From Phoronis australis (lineage: Eukaryota; Animalia; Phoronida), in the NCBI GenBank assembly GCA_002633005.1, contig NMRA01000014.1, forward strand, positions 255,132 to 292,886: DNA of 37,755 nt. Direction: 5' to 3'. This document shows positions 23,701 through 33,950 of this stretch, in pieces. The notes under the pieces were generated by a model. The model saw nothing but the letters and a program-made list of their open reading frames with translations, did not search any database and was not told where the DNA came from. A program made the translations under genes and the position numbers. The first letter of the stretch is position 1, and each line of letters opens with the position of its first letter.

Positions 23701-25773
23701 CTATCAGAGGTGAACACGTATGCGTCATTCTCAAAGTTATCGCATTTGCCAAAAATTTCTGAGGTATTCCCAACGGACCCTCTCTTATTGTGATATTACC
23801 CACCCATTTAGGCACTGAACTCAAAAAGCACCCTTTGGTTGGAAGTTCCAAGAAAATGTATCCCTTTTGCAGATGTTTGTCCAGAAAATACACCTCCAAA
23901 ATCCTGGGCAACTTCAGTTTAAACCACTGAGCTTGAAAAAGTACTGGGAGCGTTTGGCTAACAGAGAATAAAAACGTGTATGAAAACCCTTCTGTCGATT
24001 TTAGGATCACGGTCCCGTTTTCGTAATGGTACGTTGTAAGTTTAAATCAAAAGTTTAGTTTTTGATAAGAGGTTAGGTTTACTTGTGCAGCAGCTTTAAC
24101 AAAAGGTTCACTTTGTGATTAGGAACAGGGTGTTATTTTCACCGTAGATGGCCTATGTTGTCGCGATGGGGCGCAGAGAGTAACAAAAAAGTTAAACGGA
24201 AGTTAAATGTCTTATACTCAGGCGACCGTCTTCGGTTTTGGACAGAACCAATGGATTCAGTCTATATCATGGTGAATCTTTATTGCCATCTTTTTTAGTT
24301 GAATGGTTCTTGGGGGAGAAAACAAGTGCTTCACAAGGTTTGCAAATGTGTTATAGAACTAACTGGCCTCATTATCAGTTAGGCAGCGCATTTCTGATTA
24401 CATCTTCAGCAACAGTAACGAAAAGCTTGGAACGGTAGTTCAGAATTTCAGCACCAGGTGCAATCTGTTTTAAGTTGCATTTTAATGTGAAAAAAATAAA
24501 AAAATGCTCTTGTTTTACGAGTTAATGCAACCTACGGAAATACTTCTAGTATCACTTCAGTGTCGCGCCTGCTTTAAAGGTTTTTCATCACGGGTCGTGT
24601 TTGCAGAATTAACTCAGTGTTATGGAATGTGCAACTTTAAACCTGGAGACATGGAGCAAGGTTTCGTGATATCGAAAACACCAAAGAAAATTGCCCTTCC
24701 AAAATGGCCACATTAGTGTGAACTTCCATGATCTGTACGGCCCATAGTGTACGACCCGAGGCTTACACAATTCAACAAACAAATTCTACGGTGACTGTCG
24801 TTTTGCTCGGATACGCTTGTAAGCTCCCTAGCCTACACCCACTTTTCAGTCGCGAGGTCTTGCGCAATTAACTGAGTCTGCGGAAGGCTCTCCATTGAGG
24901 TCACGTGTCTCAAAGTTACCTGTGATTTTACCCGGTTTTTACTACGCGAGTTGTCCCACAATGAATTTGAAAAATAGAGCAGCGCTGCAGATGAAATCCC
25001 TCTAGTTGTAATCGGCATGATTCTTTGACTTCTCGTGTCGCACTTAACGTAAACTGAAACACGATCTTGGTGGACATAATTTGTACTCACCCAATGTCAT
25101 ACATAAAGAAACATCGTGTTTTTTCAGAGTACATTTGCTGCAGGCAACGAAGATCCTTTACACCTGGTGTTGTTTTACATCACCTGTGTATTCTTTGGTT
25201 TCGAGGTAAGGAAAATTATTGACCGGTTGAGAATTGGCCGCTGCAGTAGAGATTTGCTGTTTAATTATTGTAGTTTCCTGAAAGAACGGGCTGCCTGGTG
25301 TAGTTATCAAAAGTTTGAATTAAGAGAAGTGAAAGAAATAAAATCACGCATCTGTTGTTTTATGTTTCGGTTGTCAAATTCAAATTGTGGACATTTGTCA
25401 GTACAAGTACCCGTACGTGTTAAAATAGTTCTACATGGAGCCCTGTCCACGAAAGCAAAAGCTTTGAGTCCTGTTTTGTTTGTAACATTAAAACATGTTG
25501 TTTGTAGATATACATACGATTTCACGTGAGTTTCCAGGACAGCTCAGGCATGTCTTGCAGAGACTTCACCGCCGTCTATCGGCGATATTTGTACTCACGC
25601 ACTGGACTGATGGTGGACTTGGTGAAGGAATTTCCGTTAGAATTCATATCTGTGTTCATCTCCGATAAGCTAACAGCGGCGGATGCATTCACCTATCTTC
25701 GATTGAACCGCGTACTGCGAGTTGTGCGCTGCATAGAGTATATGAAAGAATGGGAAAGCGAACTGAACATTAA
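3802..25773 (+). CDS. CNGK: Partial multi-exon gene: multi-repeat cyclic nucleotide-gated K+ channel (CNGK/tetraKCNG-like)
   Basis: Exons join in frame with matching phases: 3802-3968, 4231(or 4249)-4366, 4706-4875, 5122-5324, 5765-5908, 10249-10410, 11540-11656, 12952-13085, 14636-14804, 18162-19668, 19933-20096, 25128-25205, 25508-25773. They encode a GYGD pore, C-linker, CNBD (FGE..PRTA) and then a new S1-S4. The family name is inferred from this architecture. Confidence 0.8.
4231..4366 (+). CDS. Channel exon: degenerate S4 and S4-S5 linker, repeat A
   Basis: cag| EWWHFSDAASMNSSFFSLFYLVQFYRFPVAFAYYESLIDKSTGLIR |gtaagt. Phase 1 in, phase 2 out, matching both neighbours. An alternative in-frame acceptor lies at 4249. 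Confidence 0.8.
4706..4875 (+). CDS. Channel exon: S5 and start of turret
   Basis: tttttcag| FVKFVLYMVIFTHLLTCTMHMFACP...CYKKSWILPIL |gtgaga. Contains the H..xC motif of S5. Confidence 0.85.
5122..5324 (+). CDS. Channel exon: turret, pore helix and K+ selectivity filter
   Basis: gacag| ...YINALYWASATTLSVGYGDIYAISVVE |gcaagg (GC donor). Confidence 0.9.
5765..5908 (+). CDS. Channel exon: S6 and start of C-linker
   Basis: tttatag| MVFSMIIMASGIIFYAYIIAAVAASMANADASRSAFQGKLNALRVFMK |gtacgt; 144 nt. Confidence 0.9.
5947..6503. mobile_element. One end of a TTAA-flanked (Kolobok-type) DNA transposon with a minus-strand ORF remnant
   Basis: TTAA|AGGAAAATGCCACCCA matches the terminal repeat of the element at 13945-14134, and the next ~45 bp are shared with it. 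A minus-strand ORF starts at 6503 (MASRNPRADLDELELISPDFAGGSLSFTGKQFEQEYSDEEILERRREQ). The other end was not found. Confidence 0.5.
10249..10410 (+). CDS. Channel exon: C-linker
   Basis: tcttgcag| DFFIDEQLRKRIIMHYEHAWHRTNGIESNDVLQGLPHALWADVTYNLYKHAINK |gcacgt (GC donor); 162 nt. Confidence 0.9.
10459..10612. mobile_element. Degenerate short non-autonomous DNA element (CAGTGGCGGA...CCTG type)
   Basis: Starts cagtggcggaat, has the internal palindrome gggggg cccatggggccatg cccccc, and ends in an imperfect inverted terminus. No TSD seen. Confidence 0.35.
11540..11656 (+). CDS. Channel exon: CNBD N-terminal part
   Basis: cttcag| VSVFQNANKGFKKLLSLSIRPQSFLEGEFIVRRGDIGQV |gtgagt; 117 nt. Too short for the ORF track. 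Confidence 0.9.
12952..13085 (+). CDS. Channel exon: CNBD beta-roll with phosphate-binding cassette
   Basis: atttag| MFFIHNGTVEVCDEHGNKVGSDLGPGHFFGEVCILFGIPRTASFR |gtgagt. Confidence 0.92.
13945..14134. mobile_element. 190-bp MITE with TTAA target-site duplication (Kolobok-type)
   Basis: TTAA(13941-44) AGTAGAATAGCACCCC ... GGGTGGCATGCTCCT TTAA(14135-38). Imperfect TIRs with AG...CT ends. Confidence 0.7.
14636..14804 (+). CDS. Channel exon: CNBD B and C helices
   Basis: tttccag| AKDRVDVFSLDRAKLFEAMNLYPTFKCNLFSIALLKRLRM...DQ |gttgta. The donor position is inferred from phase and is less certain. Confidence 0.8.
15091..16944 (+). repeat. Copy 1 of a 1854-bp duplication (equals 17644-19497) containing a truncated linker exon from 15609
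   Basis: Colinear with copy 2 at a constant offset of 2553, substitutions only. Stops at the single n at 16945, before the exon's donor site. Confidence 0.9.
18162..19668 (+). CDS. Channel exon: ~500-aa S/T/K/D-rich inter-repeat cytoplasmic linker
   Basis: aatttttcag|CTC (phase 0) ... CGA G|gtatgc (phase 1). Open throughout, and phases fit exons 14636-14804 and 19933-20096. Confidence 0.75.
19933..20096 (+). CDS. Channel exon: pre-S1 and S1, repeat B
   Basis: cattgcag| AKQSQSEEGFIRRFSRRLLLWNRFIIYPYRNKAFKYFRTVSVFVNFLSSVLLIFD |gtaagt. The IIxP motif precedes S1. Confidence 0.85.
20158..20232 (+). mobile_element. tRNA-derived SINE fragment (B-box/T-arm) followed by (AT)n
   Basis: aaggtc gtggg ttcgagt cccac forms a tRNA T-stem/loop with B-box GGTTCGAGTCC. 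No A-box, D-arm or acceptor stem is present. Confidence 0.55.
20233..20267. repeat. (AT)n microsatellite
   Basis: Seen directly in the sequence. Confidence 0.95.
20351..20508. repeat. ~50-bp minisatellite running into an assembly gap
   Basis: Units resembling caatatatagcccgcaactatatatgccccattgggtatatgccccggaa at 20351, 20401 and 20451. Confidence 0.8.
20509..20638. other. Assembly gap
   Basis: Run of n. Confidence 1.
20639..20704. repeat. (AT)n microsatellite
   Basis: Seen directly in the sequence. Confidence 0.95.
21050..22300 (-). mobile_element. Highly decayed non-LTR retrotransposon RT fragment
   Basis: Minus-strand remnants in the expected order: NNYKPMTVDSI (NYRPI-like, ~22200), LSVPFLLWYIIN (LSP.LF...IND-like, ~21590), IADDLTLF (~21470), ILARGELE (~21070). 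Many stops and frameshifts; bounds are approximate. Confidence 0.6.
25128..25205 (+). CDS. Channel exon: S2, repeat B
   Basis: ttttttcag| STFAAGNEDPLHLVLFYITCVFFGFE |gtaagg; 78 nt, phase 0/0. Confidence 0.85.
25508..25773 (+). CDS. Channel exon: S2-S3 loop, S3 and S4, repeat B
   Basis: tttgtag| IYIRFHVSFQDSSG...RRYL...LMVDLVKEFPLEFI...YLRLNRVLRVVRCIEYMKEWESELNI |gtgagt. Confidence 0.9.
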
Positions 25774-26309
25774 GTGAGTACCTGCTCTACTGGCTTACAA
25801 TAGGCCGGCTTATTCAAGGTCCAGTCTTTTCAAGCTGTTAGTTGAGAATAACGATATAGTGAGTAGTTTGTGTATTAGAAAAGTTTGAACAGAAGGTGTT
25901 CCAGTTGCGATACGGAACTTCCTCCGCTAGCAAATCGAAATTCAAGATTGACAAACCTTGAGCAAGGTATAAAGCGCGTGCAAATTTACAGTGAAGATGA
26001 TTCAGCCCCCTCTTCTGGACGCGCCCAAACGAAAACCTCCATCTGCATGGTGTTTCTATGGCTTTGGCTGACTTATGCTTCGATAGTAATCCCCGTTTGT
26101 TAACTCCCTGCCTCTTTGCGACGTCATACTTCCACCAGTGCAAGTGCACTCAGAAAGGGAAAGAGCGTCGAAAACATGGTCAAGTGCAGCATACACCTAC
26201 TAGCTGGGCAGATAGTGGAAAAATCATGCATTTGATGATACAAGCACCAAAATTGGCATGGTGACATCCTAAGGTATTCTCAACAGATCTACCCGACTAG
26301 CCACCTAAG

Positions 26310-26479
26310 AATCCAAAATGGCCGCCATTTTTCAAAATGGCCGCCATTTGATGCTTGTGAGTAATGCTTTTCCTCATAAATCTGTCTCTGCCCAACCGAT
26401 TTTCATGAACTTGTTGTCAAATTGTATGTTTTTGGATATGCTGAATTCATTTTTGATATTTTCAGAAGCATTTTAACAC
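26310..26479. repeat. Interspersed-repeat fragment with tandem CAAAATGGCCGCCAT motifs
   Basis: caaaatggccgccattt occurs twice, followed by ccgattttcatgaact, up to the gap. Family not assigned. Confidence 0.4.
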
Positions 26480-26921
26480 NNNNNNNNNNNNNNNNNNNNN
26501 NNNNNNNNNNNNNNNNNNNNNNNNNNNNNNNNNNNNNNNNNNNNNNNNNNNNNNNNNNNNNNNNNNNNNNNNNNNNNNNNNNNNNNNNNNNNNNNNNNNN
26601 NNNNNNNNNNNNNNNNNNNNNNNNNNNNNNNNNNNNNNNNNNNNNNNNNNNNNNNNNNNNNNNNNNNNNNNNNNNNNNNNNNNNNNNNNNNNNNNNNNNN
26701 NNNNNNNNNNNNNNNNNNNNNNNNNNNNNNNNNNNNNNNNNNNNNNNNNNNNNNNNNNNNNNNNNNNNNNNNNNNNNNNNNNNNNNNNNNNNNNNNNNNN
26801 NNNNNNNNNNNNNNNNNNNNNNNNNNNNNNNNNNNNNNNNNNNNNNNNNNNNNNNNNNNNNNNNNNNNNNNNNNNNNNNNNNNNNNNNNNNNNNNNNNNN
26901 NNNNNNNNNNNNNNNNNNNNN
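26480..26921. other. Assembly gap
   Basis: Run of n. Confidence 1.
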
Positions 26922-27094
26922 GGCCTCCACTGGCCTCCACTGGCCTCCACGTGCCGCCACTGCCATCCACGAGCCTCCACTGGCCTCCACTGGTCTCCAC
27001 TGGCCGCCACTGGCCGCCACTGGCCGCCACTGGCCGCCACAGGCCTCCACTGCTCTCCACTGGTCTCCACTGGATTCCACTGGCCTCCACTGGC
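26922..27094. repeat. 10-bp tandem repeat (TGGCCTCCAC)n
   Basis: About 17 units with variants tggccgccac and tggtctccac; probably extends into the gap. Confidence 0.95.
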
Positions 27095-27769
27095 ACCTAC
27101 TTGTACTTTGAGTAAGGAATGGGCCAAGACAATAAACAGTTAAAATCAAGAGTTGGTTTAATTGAAGGAAGGCAGGTTCATAGCAGCTTTAAAAGCAATG
27201 GCATAATCACATTAACGAACACAATGGATTTTCACTGCCGAAGTTTAACCTGTATAACATCAAATGCATTTCACTGCAGTTATTCTCAACACAACAGAAA
27301 TGTATATACAAACAAGAATTGCTGCATGACATGTAATTAATCGAAATGTGTTTGAAGTCATGGACACATTTATTTTAAGTACGTAGTCAATTCGCACAAC
27401 CACGCGAATCAACAAAAGCATATGATGATGGTTGATAGACTCAACATGAACCAAGTTACATGAGCACTTCAATTAAAAATCAGGTACTGTATCACAGTTT
27501 TGGAGTCAAATGTAGGCAAACAGTTGTCAATTATTGTTGGTTTACATATATAAAAAGTAAAATGTCAGACTTATATGCTGTGCATTAAATGAGTAAGATC
27601 AAAAATATAACTGTGTCATTTTATATTGACAACAGTCTGTATCCACGTCAAGCTACTATGCAAAGGTAACTTTAAAATTATTGTCAAATGTTCACTGAAG
27701 CAGTGATAGTTCTTCTGATAGATCAAATAATATTTGTTGTCATTGCAAATCATTTATCGTCAAGGCAGT

Positions 27770-30700
27770 GAACTGGGTGGCCCCTGGAAGACATGTGTCA
27801 AGTTTGTGCACGCCTTGTTTTTCTCTCAAGCATCTGCTAATTATGGACACCGGTAGCACTGGAGTATAGACCTTTCTTAATCCTTGACAGCATTTCTCTT
27901 GGATTTCTCACTGAAGTACCTATGTAGCCTGTAAGTGTAAAATATTGTGAAAAGTTACAATATAATTGAGCACTGAAACACTGAAACCAAAGATACGGTG
28001 CAAAGAAAACCACCATTGGGTACAAGTAATGATAACTGTACCTATACCACCAAATGAATGCTAGTATCAACAAGTGTGAGAGGTTGCAAGTTAGAAAGAT
28101 GGTGCAAGAACTAATGCACGTATTGCCATTTGACTCTTTGTACAAATCTTCATCGCATCATAACTTTTGATGGCCAATGCAAAACACTTCATGGTTTAAG
28201 TGGATTCTAAAGTTCTAAGACAAGAAATTGAACTCATGGCAACATGGTTATGTCCCAAGTGCTACTCAGCAGCCGGTCATACTATTATCGTCTTTTAACA
28301 AGCAGTAAGAAACCTATATTGAGAGAAAATAGAGTTGCATTTTCAAAGAAAAATTTCTGCGGCTATAAACCCTGCTATCCGCGCAACTTAACTTTTGATT
28401 TTAACCACTTTCCTCATTCAGATGAGAAATAAGTTTTGGTCTTGCAAAGAAATGTCAGTTCATTATGGTCGTGACCATGTCAGGTGAATGAAATGGCATG
28501 CTGTGACACATCAACCTAAAGAAACTCTCAAGTAGTAACAAATTGCTGGAAATTTTCAAGCCCAAAAGTCACACCTATTTTTATCAAGGAACAATTCGAG
28601 ATCAATATCATACTAATGGTACATGGTCTAAATGAACAGTTGGTTTTCGTGACATAAGGCATGCCTATATCTACATTAAATTCAAATAGAGCAAAGAGTC
28701 TTTACAAGAGCAGATCCAGATTGTGAGGATGCAGGTGACAAAGAAGATATGGACAAGGGAGAACTCAAAAATATCTCTAATTTTTGTCTGATAAGCTGCT
28801 TGGCTGTATTCATAAGTTTAGGTGAAAAAGTCTAGGTCCAAGCAGTTTTTTTAGTAAAAAATGATCGCTACAGGGGGTTAGTTTGAAAACGCAGATGTAA
28901 ACGCTTTGATCAACGTATTTTTAAAAAAAAATCACTGTGTGGGGGGTTGCTGGTGCACTGCACGGTGATAGGGGGTAATCACGGACACTCCAAACTATTG
29001 GGAGCCCCATTTCGGACACCCTATTTTCGAAATCCTGGGTGAATCCCTGAATAGAAATTGAACAGGGTTTAAACAAGGCATGTTTAAATACTGTAAACGA
29101 AACAGTGATACAGTGTATCTTTGGTTAGGATTGTGAGTTGTGAGTTGAATGAATGTGAAATGTCACTCCATGAGATATTAAGGAAATGAATGAAACAATA
29201 CCTCAAAGTTGCTTCAGGTGATGACCAGTCTGGGACTCTTGCAAAGAAGTTTGTAGATGGCGTTGTCTAAACCACTCATTCTGAAAGTACAGATGATGAA
29301 GCAGGGTTTAAATAGAATTTGACTCATTTTACTAGGAGCAATCACAAGATTTAAGAATGTACTTTCAGTCAATTTGTCACACCTTTATGCTTAAAACAAC
29401 TTTGATTTAATTATCAGAAGACAAAATTTGTAGCTGAAACAGCATTATTCTAAACTGACTGCGTCTTAAGAGACTTATAATTGATGAAAATTCAGGCTTA
29501 CGTTAAAGCCCATAGCCTAATCTCTGTATTCGATACACAACTCGAAAATTGAGCAATTCCATTACATGAGCAAACATAAGATTTGCACTCCAATCACGTG
29601 ATTTGACTGGCTAATTTTTTGAGGTTGTGAGTTCAAGTAATGTGCATGGACCATGCAGATTGCAAGTACCCATTTTCTCCTAACCTGCACAGTCTAAGAT
29701 GGAAATACAAAGAAAAGTGGCCATCAATAACTGAATACGTTTAGCACACCAATTCTTTCTTTTAAAACTTAATGGAATAAGAAAATCAACTTACGGTTAC
29801 ACGGGCCCCTGTAGGTGGTCAGTATTCTCCTAACTAGAAAAAATAAAGCAAGACTAATAACACATTCTCAAGTATAGCTAACACTTACTGTAAGTGCCGA
29901 CGCACTCTTGTGTTTGTAGTCTGACTATATTCGCCATCTGTTGGTGGTTTATGTGTTTGCTCTCCAGCTTCTACCGCGTATATTTTCCACGTGACTAATT
30001 CTTCAATAGAATTTTGCATATGTATAACTGCTCGGCACACCATAGTTTATAGCTGTAACGCGCGCCAGCTTAGCTCATTCGTGCTTCAAAGTCCTTACAT
30101 GTATCTTGAGTTTTGAGTTTAGTCGTGATCTATGCCGCAACTTGGTGTAAGTATTTTGTACTTAGTTTTGTTATAGTGTATAGTCAGTATTTCAACGTAT
30201 TGTAACGCGTACTCTGTAACTTTAATTAGCGTTGCCTCAAGTAGTTTGACGTTGTCCGAATAAGAATATATGTAATGTTTAATATTAGTATTGTAACTTT
30301 GTAAACGACCAACGTATTGTTCAATTGTCTCATACAACGTTTTTTTGTATGTTACAGTTGAAACGAGTAACTATAATAAGGAAACGAATAAAGTTTGTCA
30401 ACGCAACTTATGCTCGAGTTCTCCATGTAGCTCTAACGTTTTTCGCGACCACACTTACCCCCCCCCCACTGTACTGAGTACAACCAACACTGATATGAGC
30501 TTTCTAATAAAGCTAATGGCGTGGCCAGGTGAACTCCCTAACACATCCTACAAACATCTCCCCCCCCTCTCCCACCACAATTCTTTACATCACCAGCTAC
30601 ATTGTTCTGCTAGTTTAAATCGATCTAAAAGCCCTTTTGTACTTAATTTCGGTCTGAGCAAAGAGTCGACATGAACTGGGAAGTTAATTGAACCGTTTTT

Positions 30701-31835
30701 ACCGGCTTTGGATGTCTAAGTAAACTGTAGCTGACGATGCTGTCATCGAATTAATCGCAACGTAGTACAGATGCAACACTTGTACACCAGGAGTTTTTAA
30801 CGTGATAATTTGGGAACATTGACATGTGACACAAAAACCTATTTCTAATTCGATTAGTGACTATTCGAGCAAAATATGAGCAGCTTTTAGCGACGACGTT
30901 ACCCTGTAATTGTCGATGATACCAGTGGCCCCTGACAATAACTTCTTCGATGTAACAGAAGTTGATCATTCATACTACCGTACACCACAGCATCGACGCT
31001 CCGCTTTCTCTATTGTGAAGTCAACTGGCACAGTTAACTTCGATTCAGGACCGAAGTTAACTCTCCATACTGACTGCAACTCCCCAAAACATCGCCATGT
31101 CGACGTTAGAATGAAAGGGCCTTAGCAGTTTTAATTACATGTTAGAACACTAACATGGTGTAACTAGCCCGGGTCAGCGTAAATCAGTACTACTACTAGT
31201 AGTATAAGAACAAAAACTGAACAGCTGATCGAATTGAGGCTCGGGTCCGATGTATGCTGACTGAGATCAGTTACCCATCAGTGAATGCTCTAACCGTGTA
31301 TACGAGTCATTGAACATTTCACAAACAGCACATTTACTGACTTATACTTGTCCTGGTATTGTTCATTTGTTGTAATGTAAAACCTTCACGAGTTCAAACA
31401 TTCAGTCTTGTCCTCATTGTTTCTCACCTATCGAACGAGTCGCTTATAGGTACACTGTTTGTTGGTAATGCCGCTTTTTGTACTGGCTAAAACGTCTTTT
31501 TCTGAATCTCGTATAGCAGGACGACTGCGTTTCGCCTTCGGACGTACACTACATGTACATAGGCCTACAAGTCTCCGCCATTTGTATAGTATAAATTCTG
31601 TTGACCTCTAGATCTCTGGCTGCGCATGCATTGTTGTAATGTTTATAATCTGTTAAGCAACCCGGATACTAAATTCTTTGTAAACATTTCATTCGTTTGT
31701 AGTATTTACAACAATTTTTTCAAAATTTTTGCACAAGTTGAAAGTTAATAACTTTTTGAACTCCATGTCACATCACAAAACCGGCTTAAACGGCGTTAAG
31801 AGGTTTTTTTCTTTTATAACTCGGACTATAGGCCT
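27770..31835 (-). mobile_element. Decayed TTAA-flanked DNA transposon (Kolobok-like), left copy of the inverted pair
   Basis: Terminus reads TTAA|AGGCCTATAGTCCGAG on the minus strand, and 28767-31835 is the reverse complement of 35390-37656. Possible transposase remnants: TSKKL...HILLE.SLIELEIGFCVTCQC (~30800-30960) and CLPGATQ (27773-27793). The left boundary is uncertain. Confidence 0.55.
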
Positions 31836-32806
31836 TTAAACTTGTTATAGCTGTTTTCACCTTAGTTGATCTCTGGAGAGTTTGAAGTCACTTGAACCAA
31901 GAAGAAGAAAAAGTAGAAGAAAAAGAAGACGTCATTGCTCTAAAACATGGATTACTTTCTGGCAAGTATTGGAATAAGTGATCGCCCAAGTTTCGTTGTT
32001 CTTGGTGTGCGGAAGTGTACAGGATTTCTTTTGATATAAGGGATTTTTATCCAGAATTGCATGAAGTTAAATCAGGAACTCTTTTCCAGCAATTTTACGT
32101 TTTTATTTTGTTTGTTTCTTAGTGATTTGAACACAGGTGTTAAACTGTTGTAGAATTGATTTTTCCGACCTGGTTATCAGGCTCCTTGGTTACTACTGGT
32201 TTTAACTTTATACTGTACCTTTGTTTTATACTTTTGTATATTTATCTAGTTAGGTTATGCAAATGAGTATGCATCATGAACACATGGACAAATACCTTGG
32301 TGAAGATGTAAAATCTAAGAGCAGTCGGTTCCGTCTCTGACAAGAAATATGCAAGAATCCCGTTCTGAAGACCGGTTCTGTTAAAGTGGTTCATTGTATA
32401 TCCTACATGTAGGTCTGACAGTGAGGGATAATTGGCCAAAAAGCTTCCGAAGTATTAAACTCTTATAGGACCTTTAACACATTTACGGACAATCAAGACG
32501 ATGGCACTGTCTAAATGAGATATGGTGGAAGTTCCTCTGAAGTAGTCGACTGATGTCAGAGTTTCTGACCAATACGAATATCGCTGCGCCCTCTTGTGAC
32601 TATTTTTTTAAGTTCTCACATATTCTTGTATCTTGGGAGTTCTTCGATAGATTTTCACCGTCTTTGGTCTATTAAGGTGACCTTATCCCATTTTTCAAAC
32701 ATATTTGATATACTTGGCGCCAACTTAAATCCATTTTTATTCTGTTAGGCCATCACGTTTGCTTGAACTTCCTGCAACAAATGGCCATTTCTATGGTAGT
32801 AATAAA

Positions 32807-33950
32807 TACCCCCATAAGCATACCATTTCTAGCGTAGACGCAGTCATGTACGTAAAAGTGTGATTTCTAACAAACATGATGAACTTGAATTCCACGGATT
32901 TTCCGGTATCAATTGATTGAAACTACATCTAACCACGCAAGAAAAATACAGATACCCGCTGGCATGGTTACATGAAGGAAAGACTGGAGCTACCGCCTAC
33001 GGCCTATATGGTCAAATAGTTCGACAGATCTTACATCAGAAATTTGTAGTACAATATGATGCACACCTGCTTCTCCCTTTGACTGATGCATTATTAGTAA
33101 TAAAATGCCACATGGTGTTACTTTTAATTTCCCGTAGTAAAGCTCTCAAGTTTACGTAGTTGGATCAAGGTGGGGGGGTGCCTTATTTCCTGTCAACTCG
33201 GTCATTACCGGCACGGGAGATTATTTTGTCGTTTTACAATTTGAGAGAAACAGTGCAAGATATCTGAATTGTTCCGAGAACGTATTCAATTGGCACGCTG
33301 CATGAATGCACGAACGCACAGCCATGTCAACAAGCAGCATTCAGTTATACATCTTTGTAGACATTGCATGTGCATTTGNTACCCCCATAAGCATACCATT
33401 TCTAGCGTAGACGCAGTCATGTACGTAAAAGTGTGATTTCTAACAAACATGATGAACTTGAATTCCACGGATTTTCCGGTATCAATTGATTGAAACTACA
33501 TCTAACCACGCAAGAAAAATACAGATACCCGCTGGCATGGTTACATGAAGGAAAGACTGGAGCTACCGCCTACGGCCTATATGGTCAAATAGTTCGACAG
33601 ATCTTACATCAGAAATTTGTAGTACAATATGATGCACACCTGCTTCTCCCTTTGACTGATGCATTATTAGTAATAAAATGCCACATGGTGTTACTTTTAA
33701 TTTCCCGTAGTAAAGCTCTCAAGTTTACGTAGTTGGATCAAGGTGGGGGGTGCCTTATTTCCTGTCAACTCGGTCATTACCGGCACAGGAGATTATTTTG
33801 TCGTTTTACAATTTGAGAGAAACAGTGCAAGATATCTGAATTGTTCCGAGAACGTATTCAATTGGCACGCTGCATGAATGCACGAACGCACAGCCATGTC
33901 TACAAGCAACATTCAGTTATACATCTTTGTAGACATTGCATGTGCATTTG
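32807..33950. repeat. Near-identical 573-bp direct duplication around a single n (probable contig-overlap artefact)
   Basis: 32807-33378 matches 33380-33950; the junction is the n at 33379. Confidence 0.9.

Noticed and set aside
26403-27149. Long ORFs with WRPVEAS repeats
   Set aside because: Artefacts of the n gap plus the 10-bp satellite.
32807-33950. 573-bp direct repeat as LTRs or a duplicated 80-aa gene
   Set aside because: The copies abut at a single n, are almost identical and have no internal region or TG...CA ends; typical contig overlap.
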